Positions 17,268 through 24,558 of a stretch of 54,784 nt of DNA are shown piece by piece. Position 1 is the stretch's first letter; each line of letters opens with the position of its first letter. The notes under the pieces were generated by a model, which ran no database searches, had not been told where the DNA came from, and was given only the letters and a program-made list of their open reading frames with translations. The stretch is from positions 1-54,784 of the IMG/VR virus record IMGVR_UViG_3300042197_004232. One strand, 5' to 3'. Source of the stretch: a virus. Its lineage: Duplodnaviria; Caudoviricetes. Made by a program: the position numbers and the translations under genes.

Positions 17268-17356
17268 GCATAACGCGCAGGATCAGCGGCGGCGACGAAA
17301 GGACGAACTATGACGAACGACAACGAGGAGCCGTCCGCTGCATCCGCTGGTCCTGT
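17268..17356 (+). mobile_element. attC-like site 3 (R' reads GTC)
   Basis: GCATAAC...GATCAGCGGCGGC [loop with AAAGGA and ATG] GCCG-T-CCGCTG-C-ATC...GTCCTGT. Confidence 0.8.
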
Positions 17357-17633
17357 GGCAGAGCGGCCACTGGGCGACCCCGAGATCGCGGTGGAGATTC
17401 TGCGGCTGCGAGTCGCGGAACTGGAGGAGGCTATCCGCCGACTCGCGGAGGAGGACGCCACGCTGTCGCTCCTGTGCAAGCGTGACGGCAGCCAAGTGGT
17501 GACGGTGACGATGGACGCCCCGCTCACTGACGCGGAGAGGGAGGCGGTGGCGTGGGCGGAATACGCTGCCGAGAAATGGTGCGAGCACACCGCTGCAGCC
17601 ACGCTTCGCGGCCTGCTGGAGCGACTCAAATGA
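17310..17633 (+). CDS. Cassette-like protein 3, LTDAEREAV...LRGLLERLK family
   Basis: Start within attC3; C-terminus paralogous to 16335-16598. Confidence 0.75.
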   Translation: MTNDNEEPSAASAGPVAERPLGDPEIAVEILRLRVAELEEAIRRLAEEDATLSLLCKRDGSQVVTVTMDAPLTDAEREAVAWAEYAAEKWCEHTAAATLRGLLERLK

Positions 17634-17815
17634 CAACTCTCGACGACGGCGAAGACCCGTTTATTCCAGCGCCAAGAATTCCGAGCAATAGACAGAAAAG
17701 CCGGACGGCTAAACTCGGTTTATTTTGGTGCTACAAGTGCGACAAAAACAAAGTCGGGCAGGTCGGGAAATGCTCGGTTTGCGGACACAGAGAAAACAGG
17801 AAGAAAACAAAGTGA
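17630..17815 (+). CDS. Small zinc-finger protein
   Basis: ATGA overlap; WCYKCD...KCSVCG. Confidence 0.65.
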   Translation: MTTLDDGEDPFIPAPRIPSNRQKSRTAKLGLFWCYKCDKNKVGQVGKCSVCGHRENRKKTK

Positions 17816-17817
17816 TT

Positions 17818-18129
17818 ATGAACGCGACAATAACAGATGACGCCACTATTCCTGACGCCCGGCACCTGATCTGGGTCGCTAGAAATTTACTGTGGCAAGC
17901 CCACGCCGGGTTTATTGAAATGACAAGCCAGCGGCCCGAGCAGGTTGGGGCCAGTGTGGTGTGCGACGAATTGCAAAAACTCACCGAGTCAATCGATCAA
18001 ATGCGTGAGCAGTTGAAGCGCTATGACAAAGTGCCGTGTCAAAATACCACGATGCCCCCGTGCACAGAAAACGCGTGGCAGCATTTCTTAGAGCATGTAC
18101 AGACGTGTTATTTACCTCATCAAAAATAG
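17818..18129 (+). CDS. Hypothetical protein
   Basis: Tiling ORF. Confidence 0.6.
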   Translation: MNATITDDATIPDARHLIWVARNLLWQAHAGFIEMTSQRPEQVGASVVCDELQKLTESIDQMREQLKRYDKVPCQNTTMPPCTENAWQHFLEHVQTCYLPHQK

Positions 18130-18171
18130 GGCAAATCAAAATGCCGGGCGCTTATTTAAAGAGGAGAGGAA

Positions 18172-18351
18172 ATGGCCGACAACACGACTGCGCAACAAGC
18201 GGTCGAGTTTACGTTTCATAACGCTAATGAAGAGATGACGCCAGACGAGTTGAATCGGATGATCGCGGAGACTATCTGGATGGCAGACCGCCCGCGAACA
18301 TGGTGGGAATGGTGGAGTTGGCAGTGGCGGTCGTTGTGGGGCAGGAATTGA
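18172..18351 (+). CDS. 59-aa protein with Trp-rich C-terminus (below ORF-track cutoff)
   Basis: GAGGAGAGGA RBS; MADNTTAQ...TWWEWWSWQWRSLWGRN. Confidence 0.65.
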   Translation: MADNTTAQQAVEFTFHNANEEMTPDELNRMIAETIWMADRPRTWWEWWSWQWRSLWGRN

Positions 18352-18358
18352 GGGGACA

Positions 18359-18571
18359 ATGCCAAGAGTCACGTTAACTTTCGACCTACCCGACGAACGC
18401 GGCAGCATGCAGGCGGCGCTGGCTGGCCAAGACGCCCTGCTCGCGCTGTGGGATATTGACAACAAATGCCGCGGGTTGCTCAAGCACGGCAACCTGCCCG
18501 AAGAAACCGATCAACTTATCGAAGAAATCCGGCGGCTGGTCCCGATGGAACTGTTAGACCTGCTTGAGTAA
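18359..18571 (+). CDS. Conserved phage hypothetical
   Basis: MPRVTLTFDLPDE...ALWDIDNKCRGLLKHG. Confidence 0.75.
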   Translation: MPRVTLTFDLPDERGSMQAALAGQDALLALWDIDNKCRGLLKHGNLPEETDQLIEEIRRLVPMELLDLLE

Positions 18572-18575
18572 TGCT

Positions 18576-18794
18576 ATGGACATCGTAAAACGACTGACGC
18601 TTGCCGCCGCTGAGGACCCGCGCTCAAAGTTGGCACAAGTGGCGCTAGACGCTATAGCCCACATCGAATCGTTGCGGACAGAGATTCGCACGCAGCGCAA
18701 CGAGATCGCGCAACACATCAGCGTGCGTAATGCGGTATTGGATATGGATCGACCACCAGAAATGAACCCTCACGGAATAGAAGATTTAAAATGA
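18576..18794 (+). CDS. Hypothetical coiled-coil protein
   Basis: MDIVKRL...AIAHIESLR. Confidence 0.65.
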   Translation: MDIVKRLTLAAAEDPRSKLAQVALDAIAHIESLRTEIRTQRNEIAQHISVRNAVLDMDRPPEMNPHGIEDLK

Positions 18795-19126
18795 CATTTG
18801 CACCTGTAACGTTCGACGAACTTGAAAACCTTGTGGCCGAGTGGGCCGAAGCCCGCAGGATTATTCCAAACAGCAACCCTATGGCGCAGTTGCTAAAAAC
18901 TATGTCCGAACTAGGCGAACTAGCGGACGCGACGCTCAAAGACGATCGTGATGGTATCGTCGACGGAATTGGCGACGTGTTGGTGACGTTGATTTTATAT
19001 TGTCGTCTTGCCGGCGTGCATCCAATTGATTGTTTGCGCGGCGCATACGGTATGATCAAAGACCGCAAGGGCACACTGACGCCCGACGGTATCTTTGTGA
19101 AAGAAGAAGATTTAACGGACGCCTGA
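18791..19126 (+). CDS. MazG-like nucleotide pyrophosphohydrolase
   Basis: KTMSELGELA, DGIGDVLVTL, AYGMIKDRKG. Confidence 0.85.
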   Translation: MTFAPVTFDELENLVAEWAEARRIIPNSNPMAQLLKTMSELGELADATLKDDRDGIVDGIGDVLVTLILYCRLAGVHPIDCLRGAYGMIKDRKGTLTPDGIFVKEEDLTDA

Positions 19127-19201
19127 GGCGCAATACGGTCGTCAAACTGTAAGAAATGTGATACGCTACGCGAATCCTCGCAAACACGCGGCAACGCAAT
19201 T

Positions 19202-19840
19202 ATGGTGGATTTCGCGGGCATGTCGGCGATCGAGCGGCAGTTTGTGCGTATGTACGTACATTCTTTGCGGCGGAACTACGCGCTTTTTCGTTCAGTAACC
19301 GACTTAATGAATCCGGCTGGGTTGGGCGTCAGAAACGTCGTAGACGCGACGCGTTTGGCGGACGGACTGGCAGACTTGCACGACGAGTTCGAGACCCGCC
19401 TGCGAAGAATCCAGAAAAAAATAGGCGTGAAACCAAAAATTGTCGGCGGCGCCGAGCCGACGTTGGACGACTTAGCCGACGTGTTCTCACTGTCTTTCTT
19501 CAAAGTCGTGACGACGCTGGAGTCGGACACCGGCGCGAAAGAAGTGGATAACAACGGCTGGTTTAGCGGCAAACCAGCAGAGTGGAAAAAGTCGTTTTTG
19601 GCGTTTCAGGCCGCGGCCAAAAACAACCCGGCGGTGCCGCTGCCGCAAGTGCTGTCTGAAATTTTTTCGGCCGCCTTAAAGTTGTTTCATATATACGACA
19701 AAAAGTGGTCAGATAACCCGTCGGCGCCGCCGAAGACGTGGCCGCCGATTGCCGCGGGCGACGACGACACCTACGCCGACGACGAAGATGAGACGTCGTC
19801 TGAGGGGCCGTGGGACTGGTTTTTTGACGACGAGTCATAG
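19202..19840 (+). CDS. Hypothetical protein
   Basis: Long ORF with acidic tail. Confidence 0.7.
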   Translation: MVDFAGMSAIERQFVRMYVHSLRRNYALFRSVTDLMNPAGLGVRNVVDATRLADGLADLHDEFETRLRRIQKKIGVKPKIVGGAEPTLDDLADVFSLSFFKVVTTLESDTGAKEVDNNGWFSGKPAEWKKSFLAFQAAAKNNPAVPLPQVLSEIFSAALKLFHIYDKKWSDNPSAPPKTWPPIAAGDDDTYADDEDETSSEGPWDWFFDDES

Positions 19841-19849
19841 GAGGCTTTT

Positions 19850-21025
19850 GTGCAGCCGCTCTTTGTGTTCTGTGCCGACCTCCATTTAGAGGACGGCGCA
19901 TGGTCGACGCGTCCCGGCATCTACGGCGACGCTTACTACAGTTTTGCGCAGATTATTGATTACTGCATTGCGCACAGCCTGCCGTTAATTTTGGGCGGCG
20001 ACGTGCTGGAGAAGAAACAGAATCTTGCACGCCCGATCGCCAAACTTTGTGCGGGTCTTTCGCGCATGGAGGCTGCGGGTGTGCCGGTTTACTACATTCA
20101 GGGTAACCACGAGTACGACAGAAATGCGCCGTGGTTGAGCGTGCACACGTGGCCGCAGCATATTCATCAGCAGACGGTCACGATTAACGGCGCGGCGGTT
20201 TATGGCCTTGACTGGCTGCCCAAGGGCGAGATTCAAGACGCCTTTGCCGCGGTGCCACCCGACACGGATATTTTGATCACGCATCAAGTCTGGAAGGATT
20301 TCATGGGTAACGTCGGGCGCACCGAGTGCGAACTGACCGACGTCCATCATGTGCAGGTCGTGCTGGCGGGCGACTTTCACGTGACCAAGGTTGTCGAGAG
20401 CGTCAACGCGCAGAGCAAACCGATCAAGATGCTATCTCCCGGGTCCACGGCTATGCAGGACATGGGCGAAGACCAAGAAAAGTCTTTTTTCGTCATTGCC
20501 AAGCAAGCCGGGGCCGTGGTGTTCGACCGTCAAATGTTGAAGACGCGTGGCGCGCTCAATTATGTTGTCAAAGACGTCGACACGTTGGACCAGTTGTGCG
20601 CCGGCGAACTGATGCAGGAGATTGCCCGATTGGCGCAGGCGGCACAAGACAACGGAGCGCATCCGGACGTGCACAAACCGCTGGTCAAGGTCAAGTTCGA
20701 CAAGCAACTTCCTGATGCGTATTTGCGCATTACGACGACTGTTGGCGAGGCCGCGCACCTGTTTTGTGAGGCACTGGCAGACCGCGGCGGCGATCGGCAG
20801 ACACAGTCAAGGGACACCGGCAAGAATGACTTGTTGTCGGCGTTGGCGGAATTGCTGGGTGACACCACGCCCGCCTACAAGTTGGCGGCGGGTTTGTTGT
20901 CGACAGATGACCCGGGCAAAGAGTTGGACGCGCAGTTTAAAACCTACATGGGCGAGGACCCACACAATGCAACTTCTGAAACTGGAAGTGAAGAACTGGG
21001 TGCACCATCGGCAGCGAACGTGTGA
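19850..21025 (+). CDS. sbcD: SbcD/Mre11-like nuclease
   Basis: ADLHL, GGDV, QGNHE, THQ, GDFH metallophosphoesterase motifs; next to SbcC. Confidence 0.9.
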   Translation: MQPLFVFCADLHLEDGAWSTRPGIYGDAYYSFAQIIDYCIAHSLPLILGGDVLEKKQNLARPIAKLCAGLSRMEAAGVPVYYIQGNHEYDRNAPWLSVHTWPQHIHQQTVTINGAAVYGLDWLPKGEIQDAFAAVPPDTDILITHQVWKDFMGNVGRTECELTDVHHVQVVLAGDFHVTKVVESVNAQSKPIKMLSPGSTAMQDMGEDQEKSFFVIAKQAGAVVFDRQMLKTRGALNYVVKDVDTLDQLCAGELMQEIARLAQAAQDNGAHPDVHKPLVKVKFDKQLPDAYLRITTTVGEAAHLFCEALADRGGDRQTQSRDTGKNDLLSALAELLGDTTPAYKLAAGLLSTDDPGKELDAQFKTYMGEDPHNATSETGSEELGAPSAANV

Positions 21026-23123
21026 GTTCACGCGCGGGCTGGTGGCCATCTTGGGCGAAAACGGCTCCGGCAAGAGCAGTCTGTTTGGCGCCATTCGCTG
21101 GTTACTGACCGGCGAGAACCCCAATTACGGCGTCAAAGCCGACAATATTTCGCAATACGCCAAAGAAGGCGAACCGTCGAACGCCACACTGGAGTTCGAA
21201 CACAACGGCCACGTAGCGCTCGTGACGCGGCATCTGCTGCCAGAAAAAGAGCAGGCGACGCTGATCGTTGACGGCAAAGAAGTAGCCCGCGGCGACAAAG
21301 CCGTGACGGCCGGTGTGGAAAAACTATTGGGCGTCGATGCCAAGTTTATTTCTCGGTTTATCATCGTGGCGCAGACCGAGATTTTCTCGTTCATCGATGA
21401 CAGTCAGACCGAGACCGACAAATTTTTTCAGCGGTTGTTCAACACGTCTGCGGCCAACAAGTGTCAGGATGTGATTGGTAAAGCGCTGCTCAAGACGACG
21501 ATTCCCGAGATCGTCAAGTCGAGCAATCAGTTGCTGCAGGAACAAGCGCAGATTACCGAGCAGATTGACGAACTGGACGCGCAAATTTCTACGCTGCCGA
21601 CGTTGGACGCGTTTTTACAGACGCAGCAAACCGATCAGGCCACGTTGCAATCGTGGGCTCAGCGCGAAAAAGCCGGCGTCGAATTGTATGCGCTGCAGCA
21701 GCAGGCGGCGGACTACGAGAAGAAGATCGCCGCCGACAACGCCGTAATTTTGCAGTATGACGAAGATTTAAAAGCGTTCACGGAAGCGATTGCCGGCAAG
21801 GAAGAAGCCCACCGTGCGGCCAAGATCGCGCTGGGGCACTGGGAGAATTACAAAAATATTGCGCGCATGCGGGAGAAGTTTCAAGGCCAGCGCGACGACA
21901 TCGCGACGGCTCAAGCAGCCAACCCGGAGCCGCCGTTACCGGGCGAGCCCTCTGCCGAGCAGTTGCGCAGTGAAATTGCGGCGCTCAAGCGAGAGGTCGC
22001 CGAGGCGCAGCGGTTTGTGGACATGTTCTCAGAAAGCGGCGTTGCCGAGTGTCCTACGTGTCATACGCCGTCGGGACAACTTGCCGAGCAGGTGTCGGCG
22101 AAACAGTCGGCTATCGCGGTGTATCGAGAACTGATTGCGACCAAGCAGACGTTGGCGGATGAACAGGCCGCGGCGGAAACCGCGCATCACCGGTGGCAGG
22201 TTGAAAACGAAAAACTGCTGGCCAAAATAAAGCACTTAGATGACGCGGAGCACGATCTGACCGCCGTTAAACCGCCAGAGACGACTGAAGAGGAGTTGCA
22301 ACAGGCCGTGTCTGATTTTGAAGACTTCGAGGCTGCGCAGAACGAGTTGCAGCCGCTTGTGCAGTCAGCCCGCGATCAGGCGGCCAAAACGAGCGGTCAA
22401 CTTGCCGCCGTGCGCGACCGCATCGCCCGGTTGACCGACGAGATTAAAGACATCAAAACGACGCAGGCTGATGCGGCATTAGCGACAGCGCGCCTTGACG
22501 CCATGCGCACACGATGCGCGCAGCGGCAACTTTTGGAGCAGCAGCGGGCGCAACTGATGTTCGACCGGCAGCGACTGCAAGAACAAAGCGAGATTGCGCA
22601 GGCGCAAGAAACCGCCGCAGTGAAATTGCGGTCATGGACGGCGGTCGCCGAGCAGGCTCGCGACGCGCTTAAAAATGCGCCGCGGATTGTCGCGCAGCGA
22701 AACCTGCAGCGTCTGGAAACAGCCGTGAACGAATTGTTGCAGATTTTTCGTGTAAATTTCACAGTCAAGGTGGCCAACGATGGATCGCCGACATTTATTG
22801 CCGAGTTTTACGACGGCCGACGACAGCCAGCGCAGCGCCTGTCTATCGGTCAAAAGACAGTCTTGGCTCTTGCGTTTCGAGTTGCCGTCAACGCCATGTT
22901 CGCCGAAGAGATTGGGTTGTTGGCGTTGGATGAGCCGACTGCATCATTGGACCAACCGCGCATTCAGGCTTTGGCTCCGGTACTTGAAAAACTGAGAGAC
23001 CTCTCGACCGCGAAGGGACTACAATGTCTGCTTGTAACCCACGCGTCGAGTCTCTCACATCTTTTTGAGTCTACAATTGAATTAGAGCCGCCGGAGTTGC
23101 GCAATGTTCGGAACGCAGGATGA
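20967..23123 (+). CDS. sbcC: SbcC/Rad50-like SMC ATPase
   Basis: GENGSGKS Walker A, CPTC zinc hook, LSIGQK signature, LLALDEPT Walker B, VTH. Confidence 0.92.
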   Translation: MQLLKLEVKNWVHHRQRTCEFTRGLVAILGENGSGKSSLFGAIRWLLTGENPNYGVKADNISQYAKEGEPSNATLEFEHNGHVALVTRHLLPEKEQATLIVDGKEVARGDKAVTAGVEKLLGVDAKFISRFIIVAQTEIFSFIDDSQTETDKFFQRLFNTSAANKCQDVIGKALLKTTIPEIVKSSNQLLQEQAQITEQIDELDAQISTLPTLDAFLQTQQTDQATLQSWAQREKAGVELYALQQQAADYEKKIAADNAVILQYDEDLKAFTEAIAGKEEAHRAAKIALGHWENYKNIARMREKFQGQRDDIATAQAANPEPPLPGEPSAEQLRSEIAALKREVAEAQRFVDMFSESGVAECPTCHTPSGQLAEQVSAKQSAIAVYRELIATKQTLADEQAAAETAHHRWQVENEKLLAKIKHLDDAEHDLTAVKPPETTEEELQQAVSDFEDFEAAQNELQPLVQSARDQAAKTSGQLAAVRDRIARLTDEIKDIKTTQADAALATARLDAMRTRCAQRQLLEQQRAQLMFDRQRLQEQSEIAQAQETAAVKLRSWTAVAEQARDALKNAPRIVAQRNLQRLETAVNELLQIFRVNFTVKVANDGSPTFIAEFYDGRRQPAQRLSIGQKTVLALAFRVAVNAMFAEEIGLLALDEPTASLDQPRIQALAPVLEKLRDLSTAKGLQCLLVTHASSLSHLFESTIELEPPELRNVRNAG

Positions 23124-24051
23124 GACGGTTATTAAACTTCACACTGCCGCGAACGGGCACGTGTGGTACAGCCGTGGAATTGGCCCCACGAAAAACTCGC
23201 AGCAAATCGTCGACAGTTTTTTGCTGTCGCCGTTTATCGCGGGAGTTGGGCTGACGTTTCGCATATTAGGCCTGCCACAGAACGCTGAACTGATTTGTTC
23301 AATGTACGAGCGGCGGTACAAGGGAGAAGTGCGGTCTGTGGAGATCGCCGGCCCAAACGTATTGCATAGTCCGGACGAGTTACAGGACCCGGCGCTGACC
23401 GTATCGCGCATGCGGAGCGTGGCGTCATCGCCAGCCTGCGGCGGCTGGCACGAACTGACGATGAAAGACTATCCGACGTACGCCATGCTGTCGCGGATGA
23501 CACGGAATAACTTTGTTTTTGATGACACCGCCAATTCGTACTTTCATCTCCATCCCGCGTATCGGGCGCTGTCGTTTATCCCCACGATGCAGGCGGCCCA
23601 GGCGGCGCGCATGTTGATTTCGATCGTCGACCCGCGCTGGTATGTGGAGCGCCGGCGACCCGACAGGGCTAAAAAACTGGAACTGTACATGGGCCTGACG
23701 CCGACAGTGCAGCGCCGCGTATCGGACTCGGAGGTATTGCTGACAAAATCACGCGATCTGCGCTGCAATTCTGTGCTGTGCAGTTGGCAGGGCGAAACGC
23801 CCGAAGACGTGGACCTCAAAAATCCGGCCAATTTTTTGTATCGGATTTACGCCGCAGCGGGCGGCGGGTATCGTGGCGACCTGCGGGCGTCGCAGGCGTT
23901 TTTGCGCTACGTAAACAGCAACTGGTTGTCCGCACTGGAATCGCGCAAAGGCGCCAAGGACGGGTTGTTTGCGCCTAACCTGTTTTTTAAATCGCCGGCC
24001 GAGGTTGAGGCGTATACTCGGCACATGCAAAAACCGCCGGAAGGGCACTAG
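23104..24051 (+). CDS. Hypothetical with IS110 C-terminal/Nop-like segment
   Basis: ALSFIPTM...AARMLISIVDPRWY...KKLELYMGLTP resembles the Transposase_20 pattern; family call tentative. Confidence 0.5.
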   Translation: MFGTQDETVIKLHTAANGHVWYSRGIGPTKNSQQIVDSFLLSPFIAGVGLTFRILGLPQNAELICSMYERRYKGEVRSVEIAGPNVLHSPDELQDPALTVSRMRSVASSPACGGWHELTMKDYPTYAMLSRMTRNNFVFDDTANSYFHLHPAYRALSFIPTMQAAQAARMLISIVDPRWYVERRRPDRAKKLELYMGLTPTVQRRVSDSEVLLTKSRDLRCNSVLCSWQGETPEDVDLKNPANFLYRIYAAAGGGYRGDLRASQAFLRYVNSNWLSALESRKGAKDGLFAPNLFFKSPAEVEAYTRHMQKPPEGH

Positions 24052-24059
24052 GTCGGGTC

Positions 24060-24557
24060 ATGCAAGAGATCACGGTGACGGTGCGCTTTAATCGCGTGTG
24101 TCTCGGTGCGGCCAAGCGCCGGCGTAACGGTCAAATCGTTTTCTGTTTCGACCGCGACCCCGGACAGCGTGTCATGTTTATGCCTGCGGCGTGGCTGGCC
24201 GGCATGCGGTATGCGGCCAAGTTGGCCAATCGGCACCACAGTGCCGTCAAGAAAATCGACTGGTGTCCGGTGATTATGGGCGAGCCGCGGACCGATTGGC
24301 GCCGCAACATCGTCACGCACAACGCCGAGACCGGCGCAGCCCGGACGCATTATGCGCTGCACGAGGCGTTTCGCCCCGGCGACACAATTGTCGTATCGGT
24401 CGTGCTACCCGACGAGATACCGATTGCCGATTTCAATTACCTGCTGTCGCTGGTCGGCAAATATCGCGGCTTCTCTCCGTTCAACAACAATCAAGAAAAA
24501 TATGGGACATTTGAAGTCATATCAATCGAACCGGTCGCCGGTCCCGGGACAGACTAG
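24060..24557 (+). CDS. RAMP/Cas7-like small protein
   Basis: N-terminal strand ending CLG, HEAFRPGDTI, C-terminal GKYRGFSPF...YGTFEV loop; family call tentative. Confidence 0.5.
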   Translation: MQEITVTVRFNRVCLGAAKRRRNGQIVFCFDRDPGQRVMFMPAAWLAGMRYAAKLANRHHSAVKKIDWCPVIMGEPRTDWRRNIVTHNAETGAARTHYALHEAFRPGDTIVVSVVLPDEIPIADFNYLLSLVGKYRGFSPFNNNQEKYGTFEVISIEPVAGPGTD

Positions 24558-24558
24558 C

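Noticed and set aside
16600-17356. The three repeats as CRISPR repeats or terminators
   Set aside because: Spacing of about 290-380 bp with whole ORFs between; no T tracts; attC geometry fits better
23104-24051. An active IS110 insertion sequence
   Set aside because: No recognisable DEDD domain, no non-coding ends, overlaps sbcC like a core gene
20622-24558. Long 5' extensions of sbcC (20622) and the helicase (24352)
   Set aside because: They overlap upstream genes; domain starts and RBS point to 20967 and 24559
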